Assembly (NCBI RefSeq): GCF_023150065.1 | Contig: NZ_JAKLLN010000003.1 | Span: 50,142 to 114,141 of the forward strand | DNA from: Zoogloea sp. | GTDB taxonomy: Bacteria; Pseudomonadota; Gammaproteobacteria; Burkholderiales; Rhodocyclaceae | Direction of reading: 5' to 3' | Length of the DNA stretch: 64,000 bases | Part shown: one piece after another, positions 9,863 to 19,947 of the stretch | Layout: every line of letters starts with the position of its first letter | Numbering within the stretch: the stretch's first letter is position 1 | Made by a program: the position numbers and the translations under genes | Notes under the pieces: model-generated | Seen by the model: only the letters and a program-made list of their open reading frames with translations | What the model was told of the DNA's origin: nothing | Database searches by the model: none

Positions 9863-11107
9863 ATGCCCCCAACCCCCGCCGTATCCCCCGCAGCCTTGCC
9901 CGATCTCACCGCCCTCGGGCAGGTCTTCACCCCTGAGCGCGTCGTGCGGGCCATGCTGCGCCTGCGCCACAATGCAGGTCGCGTGCTTGAGCCATCCTGC
10001 GGCGACGGGGCCTTCCTGCAGCACCTGCACCACGCGGTAGGAATCGAGCTGGACCCCCGCAAGTGTCCGCCGGGTGCCCACAACATCGACTTCTTCGCCT
10101 ACCCGGAAAGCGAGAAGTTCGACACCGTCATCGGCAACCCGCCCTACGTGCGCTACCAGGACATCGCCTCCAGCACCCGATCCCTGCTGCGCCAGGACGG
10201 GTTCGACGGGCGGAGTAACCTGTACCTCTTCTTCATCGAGAAATGCGTGCACCACCTGGCCCCGGGCGGCGAGCTGATCTTCATCACCCCACGGGATTTC
10301 CTCAAATCCACCAGCGCCCGCCGCCTCAACCGCTGGCTCCACGACCGCGGAACCATCACCCACGCCATCGAGCTGGGCGACGCCCGGGTCTTTGACGACG
10401 CCCTGCCCAACTGCCTGATCTGGCGCTACGAGCTCGACAACCTGTCCCACAACACCGCCTGGGCCCAGATCGGTCAAGGTGATGACCTCAGCCACGGGCT
10501 GGACCACCCCCACTGGCAATACCGGCACTTTTCCGAATGTGCGGGGCACCTGCTGTTCAGCCGCGGGGAATACAGCCTCAGCCTGGCCGATGTGGCCGCA
10601 GTGAAGGTCGGCGCTGTATCGGGGGCCGACCAGATCTATGTCAGCGAGGTTCACGGCAATCGGGATTTCGTCAGCTCCGGCACCATCGGCAGCGGCCAGA
10701 CCCGCCGCATGATCTGGTGCGGGCCCGGCGAGCCCCCTCCGGCAGCCCTGCTCCCCCACCGGGAACGCCTGCTGGCCCGGCGCATTCGCCCCTTCGACGA
10801 AAGCAACTGGTGGCAATGGGGCCGGGGTTATCCGCAAACCGCGGCGCCGCGGGTCTATGTAAACAGCAAGACCCGCCGGCCACAGCCCTTCTTCACCCAC
10901 CCTTGCCCGAATTTCGACGGCGCCGTACTCGGGGTGTTTCCCCACCGGACAGACGTGGACCTGGACGCTTTCCGGGATGCACTGAACGCCGTGGACTGGG
11001 CCGACCTGGGCTTTGTCTGCGATCACCGCTACCTGTTCACCCAGCGCAGCCTGGAGAACGCCCCCTTACCCACCTCCTTTGGGGCATTCCTCCCCCCGGC
11101 GGTGTAA
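9863..11107 (+). CDS. Orphan gamma-class N6-adenine DNA methyltransferase
   Basis: GQVFTP, motif I VLEPSCGDG, motif IV IGNPPY, NLYLFFIEK, GELIFITP; no adjacent endonuclease. Confidence 0.88.
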   Translation: MPPTPAVSPAALPDLTALGQVFTPERVVRAMLRLRHNAGRVLEPSCGDGAFLQHLHHAVGIELDPRKCPPGAHNIDFFAYPESEKFDTVIGNPPYVRYQDIASSTRSLLRQDGFDGRSNLYLFFIEKCVHHLAPGGELIFITPRDFLKSTSARRLNRWLHDRGTITHAIELGDARVFDDALPNCLIWRYELDNLSHNTAWAQIGQGDDLSHGLDHPHWQYRHFSECAGHLLFSRGEYSLSLADVAAVKVGAVSGADQIYVSEVHGNRDFVSSGTIGSGQTRRMIWCGPGEPPPAALLPHRERLLARRIRPFDESNWWQWGRGYPQTAAPRVYVNSKTRRPQPFFTHPCPNFDGAVLGVFPHRTDVDLDAFRDALNAVDWADLGFVCDHRYLFTQRSLENAPLPTSFGAFLPPAV

Positions 11108-11243
11108 TGGCGCACCGTCAAGGGGCGTAAACAGCAGATGGTGTAACATCCCGCGAACAATCACAGGCCGCGCAGGTCCACGACGCACTCCCTTCCGTCG
11201 TCACCCGACGCAACGCCCACCCGAGAACAGTTCGCGAGGTCCC

Positions 11244-12545
11244 ATGGTTCCCCATCTCACCACCGCGCTCACCGGCCCTTTGCTGGAGCTGGAGCGCCAC
11301 TTCCTCGACAACGCCTGTGCCATCGAGCGCTGGATGCGCACCCAGTGGCAAGAGCACCTGCCCCCCTTCTACGGCTCCACCGATCTGCGCAACTCCGGCT
11401 TCAAGCTGGCCCCGGTCGACCTCAACCTGTTCCCGGGCGGCTTCAACAACCTCAACGACGCCTTCATGCCCCTGTGCGTGCAGGCCGCCCAGGCCGCCAT
11501 CGAGCGCATCTGCGTCGGCGCCGGCTCCATCCTGCTGATCCCCGAGAACCACACCCGCAACCAGTTCTACCTGCAGAACGTGGCCAAGCTGGTGTCCATC
11601 CTGCGCCTCACCGGCCTGGAGGTGCGTCTCGGCAGCCTGCTCCCCGAGATCACTGCCCCCACGGTGGTCGAACTTGCCAACGGCAGCAGCCTGACCCTCG
11701 AACCCCTGGAGCGCCACGGCAGCCGCCTCGGCCTGAAGGACTTCAACCCCTGCGCGGTGCTGCTCAACAACGACCTGTCCGCCGGCGTTCCGGACATCCT
11801 GCAGAACCTCCACGACCAGTGGGTCATTCCGCCGGTCCATGCCGGCTGGCATTCCCGCCGCAAGTCCAACCACGCCGCCGCCTACGACCGCGTGACCCAG
11901 GACTTCGGCAAGGCCATCGGCATCGACCCGTGGCGCATCAACCCCGCCTGGGACACCTGCGGCGGCCTGGACTTCCACGCCCGCGCCGGTGAGCAGGAGC
12001 TGGCCGACAAGGTCGCCGCGATGCTCGACAACATCCGCGCCAAGTACAAGGAGTACGAGGTCAGCGACGAGCCCTTCGTGGTGGTCAAGGCCGACGCCGG
12101 CACCTATGGCATGGGCGTCATGACGGTCAAGGACGCTGCCGAGCTGATCGGCCTGAACCGCAAGCAACGCAACAAGATGAGCGTGGTGAAGGAAGGCCTG
12201 GAGGTCCACGACGTGATCATCCAGGAAGGCGTGCACACCTTCGAGACGGTCAACAACGCCGTGGCCGAGCCGGTGGTCTACATGATGGATCACTACGTGG
12301 TCGGCGGTTTCTACCGGGTGCACACCCAGCGCGGCCGCGACGAGAACCTCAACGCTCCGGGCATGCACTTCGAGCCCCTGGCCTTCGAGGCGCCGTGCAG
12401 CCTGCCCGACTGCAACCAGGGGCCCGACGCACCGCCCAACCGCTTCTACGCCTATGGCGTGGTGGCCCGCCTGGCCCTGCTCGCCGCCGCCGTCGAAATC
12501 GAGGCCACCGAACCGGCAGCCACCCTCGAAGAAGTCGCAGCCTGA
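11244..12545 (+). CDS. gshA: Glutamate-cysteine ligase (betaproteobacterial type)
   Basis: MVPHLTTAL, PPFYGSTDLRNSGFKLAPVDLNLFPGGFNNL, VKADAGTYGMG; precedes gshB. Confidence 0.93.
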   Translation: MVPHLTTALTGPLLELERHFLDNACAIERWMRTQWQEHLPPFYGSTDLRNSGFKLAPVDLNLFPGGFNNLNDAFMPLCVQAAQAAIERICVGAGSILLIPENHTRNQFYLQNVAKLVSILRLTGLEVRLGSLLPEITAPTVVELANGSSLTLEPLERHGSRLGLKDFNPCAVLLNNDLSAGVPDILQNLHDQWVIPPVHAGWHSRRKSNHAAAYDRVTQDFGKAIGIDPWRINPAWDTCGGLDFHARAGEQELADKVAAMLDNIRAKYKEYEVSDEPFVVVKADAGTYGMGVMTVKDAAELIGLNRKQRNKMSVVKEGLEVHDVIIQEGVHTFETVNNAVAEPVVYMMDHYVVGGFYRVHTQRGRDENLNAPGMHFEPLAFEAPCSLPDCNQGPDAPPNRFYAYGVVARLALLAAAVEIEATEPAATLEEVAA

Positions 12546-12553
12546 GCCCCACC

Positions 12554-13495
12554 ATGAAACTTGCCTTCATCCTCGACCCCCTGGACGCCCTCAAGGCCTA
12601 CAAGGACTCCAGCATTGCCATGATGCGGGCCGCCGCCCGCCGGGGGCACCAGATCTTCGCCATCCGGCGCGAAGCCCTGGTGTGGGAAGGGGGCGTGGTG
12701 TCGGCCCGGGCCCTGGCCCTCACCCTCACCGACGACGACCACGCCTGGTACGTAGCCGGCGAGGAGAGCGTACAGGCCCTCACCGCCTTCGACGCTGTGC
12801 TGATGCGCCAGGACCCGCCCTTCGACTTCGAATACGTCACCGCCACCTGGCTGCTCGAACGAGCCGCCCAGGCCGGCGCCCGGGTCTTCAACCACCCGCG
12901 CTCGATCCGCGACCATTCCGAAAAGCTCGCCATCACCGAGTTTCCGCAATTCACCCCGGCCACCCGGGTGGCCCGCGCCGCCGCCGACATCAACGCCTTC
13001 ATCGACGCCCACGGCGACACCATCCTCAAGCCCCTCGACGGCATGGGCGGCAGCCAGATCTTCCGGGTGCGCGCCGACGACCCCAACCGCAACGTCATCA
13101 TCGAGACCCTCACCCAGGACGAGCGCCGTACCATCATGGCCCAGGCCTACCTGCCGGCCATCAGCGGCGGTGACAAGCGGGTGCTGATCATCGGCGGCAA
13201 GGTCATCCCCTACGCCCTCGCCCGCATCCCCATGGCCGGCGAAACCCGCGGCAACCTGGCCGCCGGCGGACGGGGCGTGGCCATGCCCCTGACCGAAGGC
13301 GAGCGCGCCATCGCAGAATACCTGGCCCCCATCCTGTGGGCCCGCGGCCTGCTCATCGTCGGGCTCGACGTGATCGGCGACCGCCTCACCGAGATCAACG
13401 TCACCAGCCCCACCTGCATGGTCGAGATCACCGCCCAGATGGGCTTCGACGTGCCCGGCGCAGTCATCGACGCCCTCGAGGAGGCCTGCGCCTGA
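12554..13495 (+). CDS. gshB: Glutathione synthetase
   Basis: MKLAFILDP..KDSS, LMRQDPPFD, KPLDGMGG, RGNLAAGG, EINVTSPT. Confidence 0.96.
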   Translation: MKLAFILDPLDALKAYKDSSIAMMRAAARRGHQIFAIRREALVWEGGVVSARALALTLTDDDHAWYVAGEESVQALTAFDAVLMRQDPPFDFEYVTATWLLERAAQAGARVFNHPRSIRDHSEKLAITEFPQFTPATRVARAAADINAFIDAHGDTILKPLDGMGGSQIFRVRADDPNRNVIIETLTQDERRTIMAQAYLPAISGGDKRVLIIGGKVIPYALARIPMAGETRGNLAAGGRGVAMPLTEGERAIAEYLAPILWARGLLIVGLDVIGDRLTEINVTSPTCMVEITAQMGFDVPGAVIDALEEACA

Positions 13496-14535
13496 AACAC
13501 CCCGCGATCGCCTGGCTGCTTGCAGCCTGCCTCGCCCTGCTGCTCACCGGCTGCAAGCGGGAACAGCTCCACCAGCAGGAGTCCTATGTGTTCGGCACCC
13601 GGGTGGAGGTGATCACCTGGGGCGCCTCCGAACAGGAGGCCCGCGCCGCCACCGCCGCGGTGCTGCAGGAGTTCGACCGCCTGCACCGGGCCTACCACGC
13701 CTGGGAGCCCTCCGAACTCACCGCCCTCAACACCGCCATCGCCGCCGGCACGCCGCAGATCCCGGTGTCCGCCGAGCTGGCCGCCATGCTCACCGACGCC
13801 AAGGCCATCGCCACCACCAGCGACGAGCTCTTCAACCCGGCCCTCGGCCAGCTGATCGCCCTGTGGGGCTTCCACACGGACAGCTTCACCCCTGCGCGCC
13901 CCGCCGCCGATGCCCTCACCGCGGCCATCGCAGCCCGCCCCCGCATGGCCGACCTGACGATCAGCGGCACCACCGTGAGCAGCCGCAACCGGGCCGTCCA
14001 GCTCGACCTGGGCGGCTATGCCAAGGGTTATGCCCTCGACCGGGCGGCCGCCCTCCTCCGGGAAAAAGGCATCCGCAACGCCCTGATCAACATCGGCGGC
14101 AACCTCATGGCCCTGGGCAGCAAGGGGGAACACCCCTGGCGGGTCGGCATCCAGCACCCGCGGGAACCGCGCCCCCTAGCCAGCCTGCCCCTGCGCGACG
14201 GCGAAGCCATCGGTACCTCCGGCGACTACCAGCGTTTCTTCGAGATCGATGGGGAGCGCTACAGCCATCTTCTCGACCCCCGCAGCGGCATGCCCGCCCG
14301 GGGCACCCAGGCCGTCACCATTCTCATCACCCCGCGCCCCCACGCCGGCACCCTTTCCGACGCCGCCAGCAAGCCGGCCTACCTGGCCGGCGAGCGCTGG
14401 CGTGAATACACCCGCCGCTTCGGCATCGAGCACGCCCTGCGGGTGGACGACCAGGGCCGGATCGAAGTCACCCGGGCCCTGCGCGACCGCCTCCAGTTCG
14501 ACGCGGGCATCTCCCCCGCCAGCGTCATCGACTGA
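13492..14535 (+). CDS. apbE: FAD:protein FMN transferase lipoprotein (ApbE/Ftp)
   Basis: Lipobox LLLTGC, DLGGYAKGYA, GTSGDYQRF, YSHLLDPRSG; probable CTG start overlapping gshB stop, SD GAGGAGG upstream. Confidence 0.9.
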   Translation: MKHPAIAWLLAACLALLLTGCKREQLHQQESYVFGTRVEVITWGASEQEARAATAAVLQEFDRLHRAYHAWEPSELTALNTAIAAGTPQIPVSAELAAMLTDAKAIATTSDELFNPALGQLIALWGFHTDSFTPARPAADALTAAIAARPRMADLTISGTTVSSRNRAVQLDLGGYAKGYALDRAAALLREKGIRNALINIGGNLMALGSKGEHPWRVGIQHPREPRPLASLPLRDGEAIGTSGDYQRFFEIDGERYSHLLDPRSGMPARGTQAVTILITPRPHAGTLSDAASKPAYLAGERWREYTRRFGIEHALRVDDQGRIEVTRALRDRLQFDAGISPASVID

Positions 14536-14600
14536 CGCAACCCCAGCCATTTCCGGGTTTTCCGGCTTGCCGGGGCAGCCCCATCGGATAGAATGCCCCC

Positions 14601-14984
14601 ATGATCGGCATCCTTCTCATCACCCACGGCAGCCTCGGCGAATCGCTGATCCAGTGCGCCTGCCACGTGATGAACCGCCGCCCGCCCCAGATCCTGCAGA
14701 TGGGCGTTTCCGGCCAGGACGACCCACTCGATGCCCTGCCCTTGGCGCGCCAGCTTGTCGGCCTGGTGGACAGCGGTGACGGCGTGCTGATCCTCACCGA
14801 CATCCTGGGTGCCACGCCTGCCAACATCGCCGCCAAGCTCCTGGAGCCCGGGCGCATCGAGGGCGTGGCGGGCGCCAATCTGCCCATGTTGCTGCGAACC
14901 ATCACTTACCGGGAACGCGGCATGGATATGCTGGTCAAGAAAGCAGTCGCCGGCGCCTGTGAAGGCGTCGTGCATATGAAGTAG
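14601..14984 (+). CDS. PTS EIIA (mannose/fructose type)
   Basis: MIGILLITHG, VLILTDILGATPAN, GANLPML. Confidence 0.92.
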   Translation: MIGILLITHGSLGESLIQCACHVMNRRPPQILQMGVSGQDDPLDALPLARQLVGLVDSGDGVLILTDILGATPANIAAKLLEPGRIEGVAGANLPMLLRTITYRERGMDMLVKKAVAGACEGVVHMK

Positions 14985-15077
14985 CAGTAAAGGCACGTAC
15001 GCAGGCGATCACCGGCAGACATCACAAGAACCGGGCTACGCCACAAGCACATCGAGGAAGACAGGAAGAACAGAACC

Positions 15078-15347
15078 ATGCCGCGTCAGGAAGCAGAAAT
15101 CATCAACAAGCTGGGCCTCCATGCCCGCGCCTCCGCCAAATTGACCCAGACCGCCAGCGCCTACCAGAGCGAGGTCTGGCTGGAGCGCAACGGCAAGCGA
15201 GTCAATGCGAAAAGCATCATGGGTGTCATGATGCTGGCTGCCGCCAAGGGCAGCACCATCACCATCGACACCAGCGGAAACGACGCCGACGAGGCCATGA
15301 GTGCCCTGGTCGCCCTGATCGCCGACAAGTTCGGGGAAGGGGAATGA
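15078..15347 (+). CDS. ptsH: HPr phosphocarrier
   Basis: NKLGLHARAS, NAKSIMGVMML. Confidence 0.96.
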   Translation: MPRQEAEIINKLGLHARASAKLTQTASAYQSEVWLERNGKRVNAKSIMGVMMLAAAKGSTITIDTSGNDADEAMSALVALIADKFGEGE

Positions 15348-15384
15348 CCCGGCCGTCCCGCCCGATGGCGCGGGAGGGCGAGCG

Positions 15385-17106
15385 ATGAGTTTCACCGTAC
15401 ACGGCCTGGCCGTATCCCAGGGCATTGCCATCGGCCATGCCCACCTGGTCTCCCACGCCCTGCTCGAAGTCGCCCACTTCACGATCGCCCCCAAGCACGT
15501 GGAGGCGGAAGTCGTGCGCCTGCACAACGCCGTCACCCGGGTAAAGGCCGAGCTGGCCGGCCTCAAGGCCGCCACCGGCGCCGGTGCCGCCCCCTCCGAG
15601 GTGGATGCCTTCGTCGGCATGCACATCATGTTCCTCGAAGACCCGATGCTGGTGGATGCGGCCGAACAGCTCATCCGCACCCGGCGGGCCAACGCCGAGT
15701 GGGCGCTCGTCCAGCAGATGGAACAGCTGGTCGAGCAGTTCGAGGCCATCGAAGATGCCTACCTGCGCGAGCGTAAGTCCGACGTGGTGCAGGTGGTCGA
15801 ACGGGTCGTCAAGGTTCTGCTCGGCCACCCCGGCCACCTGCCCCCCAAGCGCAAGGACGGCCTCGGCACCATCGTCGTCGCCCACGACCTATCGCCCACC
15901 GACACCATCGGCTTCAAGGATCACGCCGTCGCCGGCTTCATCACCGATGTGGGCGGCCCCACCGGCCACACCGCCATCGTCGCCCGCAGCCTGTCGATCC
16001 CGGCCGTGGTCGCCCTGCGCCACATCCGCCATGTGGTGAAGGACGACGAGCTGATCATCATCGACGGCACCCGCGGCGTCGTCATCATCGACCCGGACGA
16101 GCGCGTTCTCGAGGAATACCGCCTGCGCAAGGCCGCGGTCGAACTCGAACGCTCCAAGCTCAAGCGCCTCAAGTCCACCCGCGCCGCCACCCTCGACGGT
16201 GAGGAGGTGCAGATCCTCGCCAACATCGAGCTCCCCCCCGACGCCGTGCAGGCCAAAGGGGTCGAGGCCGACGGGGTGGGCCTGTTCCGCACCGAGTTCC
16301 TGTTCATGAGCCGCGACACCTGGCCGGACGAGGACGAACAGTTCGACGCCTACCGCGCCGTGGTCAAGACCATGGCCGGCAAGCCGGTCACCGTGCGCAC
16401 CCTCGACGTGGGCGCCGACAAGGAGCTCGAAGGCGCCACCCGCACCGAGGACAACCCGGCCCTGGGCCTGCGGGCGATCCGCTTCTGCCTGGCCGAGCCG
16501 AAGATGTTCCTGACCCAGCTGCGCGCCCTGCTGCGGGCCAGCCACTATGGCAAGCTGAAGATCCTGATCCCCATGCTGGCCAGCAGCAACGAGATCGACC
16601 AGACCCTGGTCCTCCTCGACAAGGCCAAGGCCCAGCTGCGCGAACGCAAGATCAAGTTCGACGAAGCGGTGCCGGTGGGCGGCATGATCGAAGTCCCCGC
16701 CGCGGCCCTGTGCCTGGGCGCCTTCACCCGGCGTCTGCAGTTCCTGTCCATCGGCACCAACGACCTGATCCAATACACCCTTGCCATCGACCGGGGCAAC
16801 GAGGCCGTGGCCCACCTCTACAACCCGCTGCACCCGGCCGTGCTGCGCCTGATCCACCAGACCATCCAGGCCGGCATCAAGGCCGGCATCCCGGTGTCGG
16901 TGTGCGGCGAGATGGCCGGCGACCCGGAGTGTGCCCGCCTGCTCATCGGCATGGGCCTGCGCCAGTTTTCCATGCACCCGGCGCAGGTGCTGGAGGTCAA
17001 GCAGGCCATCCTGCGGGCCGACGCCTCCGACCTGACGCCCAAGGTCCAGCGCCTGCTGAAACTGGACGACCCCGACCGGGTGCGCGAAGCGGTGGAAAAA
17101 CTGTAG
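15385..17106 (+). CDS. ptsI: PTS enzyme I
   Basis: GGPTGHTAIVAR, GVGLFRTEFL, RTLDVGADK, NPALGLRAIR, SIGTNDLIQY. Confidence 0.96.
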   Translation: MSFTVHGLAVSQGIAIGHAHLVSHALLEVAHFTIAPKHVEAEVVRLHNAVTRVKAELAGLKAATGAGAAPSEVDAFVGMHIMFLEDPMLVDAAEQLIRTRRANAEWALVQQMEQLVEQFEAIEDAYLRERKSDVVQVVERVVKVLLGHPGHLPPKRKDGLGTIVVAHDLSPTDTIGFKDHAVAGFITDVGGPTGHTAIVARSLSIPAVVALRHIRHVVKDDELIIIDGTRGVVIIDPDERVLEEYRLRKAAVELERSKLKRLKSTRAATLDGEEVQILANIELPPDAVQAKGVEADGVGLFRTEFLFMSRDTWPDEDEQFDAYRAVVKTMAGKPVTVRTLDVGADKELEGATRTEDNPALGLRAIRFCLAEPKMFLTQLRALLRASHYGKLKILIPMLASSNEIDQTLVLLDKAKAQLRERKIKFDEAVPVGGMIEVPAAALCLGAFTRRLQFLSIGTNDLIQYTLAIDRGNEAVAHLYNPLHPAVLRLIHQTIQAGIKAGIPVSVCGEMAGDPECARLLIGMGLRQFSMHPAQVLEVKQAILRADASDLTPKVQRLLKLDDPDRVREAVEKL

Positions 17107-17125
17107 GCGCGGGCGCCAGCCGGGT

Positions 17126-17155
17126 TTGACTTGCCACCAAGCCTCGCGCTAATCT
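17126..17155 (+). promoter_or_regulatory. Sigma70-like promoter of metXW
   Basis: TTGACT (17126-17131), N18, TAATCT (17150-17155), just before the riboswitch. Confidence 0.55.
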
Positions 17156-17163
17156 TTGGGCTC

Positions 17164-17215
17164 AGCGCCGATTTGAACCCTTCAGCTTGCGGGCGCTTTA
17201 CAAGTACGGCTAAAG
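17164..17215 (+). ncRNA. SAM-II riboswitch aptamer
   Basis: P1 AGCGCC/GGCGCU, conserved GAUUUG, UUGC and GCUAAAG in SAM-II order; upstream of metX. Confidence 0.85.
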
Positions 17216-17222
17216 CGACGGC

Positions 17223-17263
17223 AGCCCAGTCCGCGACCGTTCGCCGGCTGGGCTTTTCGTTTT
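17223..17263 (+). terminator. Intrinsic terminator in the metX leader
   Basis: AGCCCAG(17223-17229)/CTGGGCT(17248-17254) stem then TTTCGTTTT. Confidence 0.65.
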
Positions 17264-17278
17264 CGGGACGAAACTGAG

Positions 17279-18403
17279 ATGAAAGAACAACACTCCGTCG
17301 GAATCGTGGTGCCGCAGACGGCCCACTTCAGTGATCCGCTGCCCCTCAAGAGCGGTGGCGTGCTGCCCCAGTATGACCTGGTCTACGAGACCTACGGCAC
17401 CCTCAACGCCGCACGCAGCAACGCGGTGCTGGTGTGCCATGCCCTTTCCGGATCCCACCACGTGGCCGGCAAACACGCCGAAAGCGGCGCCGAAGGCTGG
17501 TGGGACAACCTGGTCGGCCCCGGCAAACCTCTCGACACCCGGCGCTTCTTCGTCATCGGGGTCAATAACCTGGGTGGCTGTTATGGCAGCTCCGGGCCCA
17601 ACTGCATCAACCCGGCCACCGGCAAGCCCTGGGGTGCCGACTTTCCCTTCGTCACCGTCGAAGACTGGGTCGATGCCCAGGCCCGGCTGGCCGACCGGCT
17701 CGGCATCGAGCGCTTTGCCGCCGTGGTGGGCGGCAGCCTCGGCGGCATGCAGGCCCTGTCGTGGACGCTGCAATACCCCGACCGGGTCGCCCACGCCCTG
17801 GTGATCGCCTCCGCCCCCAAGCTCACGGCCCAGAACATCGCCTTCAACGAGGTGGCCCGCCAGGCCATCCTGAAAGACCCCGAGTTCCACGGCGGCCACT
17901 ACTACGAGCACGGCGTGGTGCCCACCCGCGGCCTCGCCCTGGCACGCATGATCGGCCACATCACCTACCTGTCCGATGACGCCATGGGCCAGAAATTCGG
18001 CCGCGCCCTGCGCCACGACAAGCCGGTGTTCAGCTACGACGTGGAGTTCGAGATCGAGTCCTACCTGCGCTACCAGGGCGACAAGTTTGCCGGCTTCTTC
18101 GACGCCAACACCTATCTGCTCACCACCAAGGCCCTCGACTACTACGACCCGGCCTTCGCCTACAACGGCGATCTGGTGGCCGCCCTCGGCCGGGCCAAGG
18201 CGGACTACCTTGTCGTTTCATTCAGCACCGACTGGCGCTTTGCCCCGTCGCGCAGCCGGGAGATCGTCTACGCCCTGATGCACAGCGACCGCCGGGTCAG
18301 CTACACGGAGATCGACTGCCCCGCCGGCCACGACTCCTTCCTTCTCGACGACCCCCAGTATCACGGCGTCCTGCGGGCCTATATCGACAACATCCGGCTG
18401 TAA
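17279..18403 (+). CDS. metX: Homoserine O-acyltransferase (MetX family)
   Basis: [40 protein letters not shown]. Confidence 0.95.
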   Translation: MKEQHSVGIVVPQTAHFSDPLPLKSGGVLPQYDLVYETYGTLNAARSNAVLVCHALSGSHHVAGKHAESGAEGWWDNLVGPGKPLDTRRFFVIGVNNLGGCYGSSGPNCINPATGKPWGADFPFVTVEDWVDAQARLADRLGIERFAAVVGGSLGGMQALSWTLQYPDRVAHALVIASAPKLTAQNIAFNEVARQAILKDPEFHGGHYYEHGVVPTRGLALARMIGHITYLSDDAMGQKFGRALRHDKPVFSYDVEFEIESYLRYQGDKFAGFFDANTYLLTTKALDYYDPAFAYNGDLVAALGRAKADYLVVSFSTDWRFAPSRSREIVYALMHSDRRVSYTEIDCPAGHDSFLLDDPQYHGVLRAYIDNIRL

Positions 18404-18413
18404 GGGGCGTGCC

Positions 18414-19016
18414 ATGAGCTTCCAGCGTTACGACTACGACGTGATCGCCAACTGGATCGAACCGGGCGAGCGCATCCTCGACCTCGGCTGCGGTGACGGC
18501 AGCCTGCTGCGTTATCTCGGCGAAGTCCGCCAGGTGCGCGGCTATGGCGTCGAGAAAGACCCCGAGCGGGTTCTTGCCTGTGCCCGCAACGGCATCAATG
18601 TGATCCAGATCGACATGGAAGAAGGCCTTGCCGGCTTCGACGACGGCTTCTTCGACCACGTCATCATGAGCCTGTCCCTGCAGGCCATGCACAACACCCA
18701 GGGCATCCTGAAGGAGATGCTGCGCGTCGGCCGCGAGGCCGTGGTGAGCTTCCCCAACTTTGCCTACTGGCGCCACCGCCAGGCCATCCTGAATGGCCAC
18801 ATGCCGGTGTCCAAGAACCTGCCGCATCAGTGGTACAACACGCCCAACATCCGCTTCTTCACCATTGCCGACTTCGACGATCTTTGCGCCCAGGAAGGCA
18901 TCGCCATTCGTGAGCGGCTGGCCTTTGACGAAGACAAGGTGATCACCGACGAGCCCAACTTCCTGGCCAGCGTCGCCCTGTACCGCCTCGGCCGGAGCGA
19001 CACGCCGACGGGCTGA
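18414..19016 (+). CDS. metW: Methionine biosynthesis protein MetW
   Basis: ILDLGCGDG, SFPNFAYW, WYNTPNIRFFT; follows metX. Confidence 0.95.
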   Translation: MSFQRYDYDVIANWIEPGERILDLGCGDGSLLRYLGEVRQVRGYGVEKDPERVLACARNGINVIQIDMEEGLAGFDDGFFDHVIMSLSLQAMHNTQGILKEMLRVGREAVVSFPNFAYWRHRQAILNGHMPVSKNLPHQWYNTPNIRFFTIADFDDLCAQEGIAIRERLAFDEDKVITDEPNFLASVALYRLGRSDTPTG

Positions 19017-19075
19017 CGGCCGCGGGGGGATTGCCCTATCATCTCCGCCGAAACATCCACTTTCCGGAGAGTGTC

Positions 19076-19930
19076 ATGAGTACCCCCCAAGCCGGCATCC
19101 TGTTGCCCCTGCCGCCCCTCGCCCGCTACCTCGCCTTCAATCTCGAGCCCGGCACCGATGTGGCCGCCGGCCTCGCCGCCCTGCAGGGCGTGGTGGATGG
19201 CGAACGCACCGTCGCCGGCATCGGTATGGCCCCCCTTGGCGCCCTCGGCCGCAAGGTCGCCGGCCTCAAGCCCTTCCCTCCCCTGTCCGGCCCCGGCGTC
19301 GACATCCCCTCCACCCCCTTCGCCCTGTGGCTGTGGCTGCGCGGCGACGACCGCGGCGAGCTCCTGCATCGGGCGCGGCACATCGAAACGGCACTGGCCC
19401 CCGCCTTCACCCTGGCAGACTCCTGGGACGCCTTCAAGCATGACGGCGGGCGCGATCTGAGTGGCTACGAGGACGGCACCGAGAACCCCGAAGGCGACGA
19501 GGCCACGGCCGCCGCCATCGCCGCCGACGGCTCCAGCTTTGTCGCCGTCCAGCGCTGGGCCCACAACTTCAGCCACCTCGAGGCCATGCAGCCCGAGGAG
19601 CGCGACCACTGCATCGGCCGCCGCCGTAGCGACAACGAAGAGCTCGACGACGCCCCCGAGTCCGCCCACGTCAAACGCACCGCCCAGGAGAGCTTCACCC
19701 CCGAAGCCTTCCTCGTCCGCCGCTCCATGCCCTGGGCCGAGGGCCGCGACGCCGGCCTGATGTTCGTCGCCTTCGGCCACAGCGTCGACGCCTTCCAGGC
19801 CCAGATGCGACGCATGCTGGGCCTGGAGGACGGCATTGTGGATGCGCTGTTCCGCTTCACCCGGCCGGTATCAGGCGCGTATTTCTGGTGCCCGCCGATG
19901 GTGAGCGGAAAGCTGGCGCTGCCCCTCTAG
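19076..19930 (+). CDS. Dyp-type peroxidase
   Basis: GRDLSGYEDGTENP, GSSFVAVQRW, AHVKRT, LVRRSMPW. Confidence 0.9.
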   Translation: MSTPQAGILLPLPPLARYLAFNLEPGTDVAAGLAALQGVVDGERTVAGIGMAPLGALGRKVAGLKPFPPLSGPGVDIPSTPFALWLWLRGDDRGELLHRARHIETALAPAFTLADSWDAFKHDGGRDLSGYEDGTENPEGDEATAAAIAADGSSFVAVQRWAHNFSHLEAMQPEERDHCIGRRRSDNEELDDAPESAHVKRTAQESFTPEAFLVRRSMPWAEGRDAGLMFVAFGHSVDAFQAQMRRMLGLEDGIVDALFRFTRPVSGAYFWCPPMVSGKLALPL

Positions 19931-19947
19931 CCCATGCCAGACGTCAA

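Noticed and set aside
9719-11243. Complete type II restriction-modification system
   Set aside because: No endonuclease-like ORF flanks the methyltransferase.
19880-19930. Encapsulin targeting peptide on DyP
   Set aside because: No L-x-I-G-S-L-type C-terminal motif and no encapsulin gene nearby.
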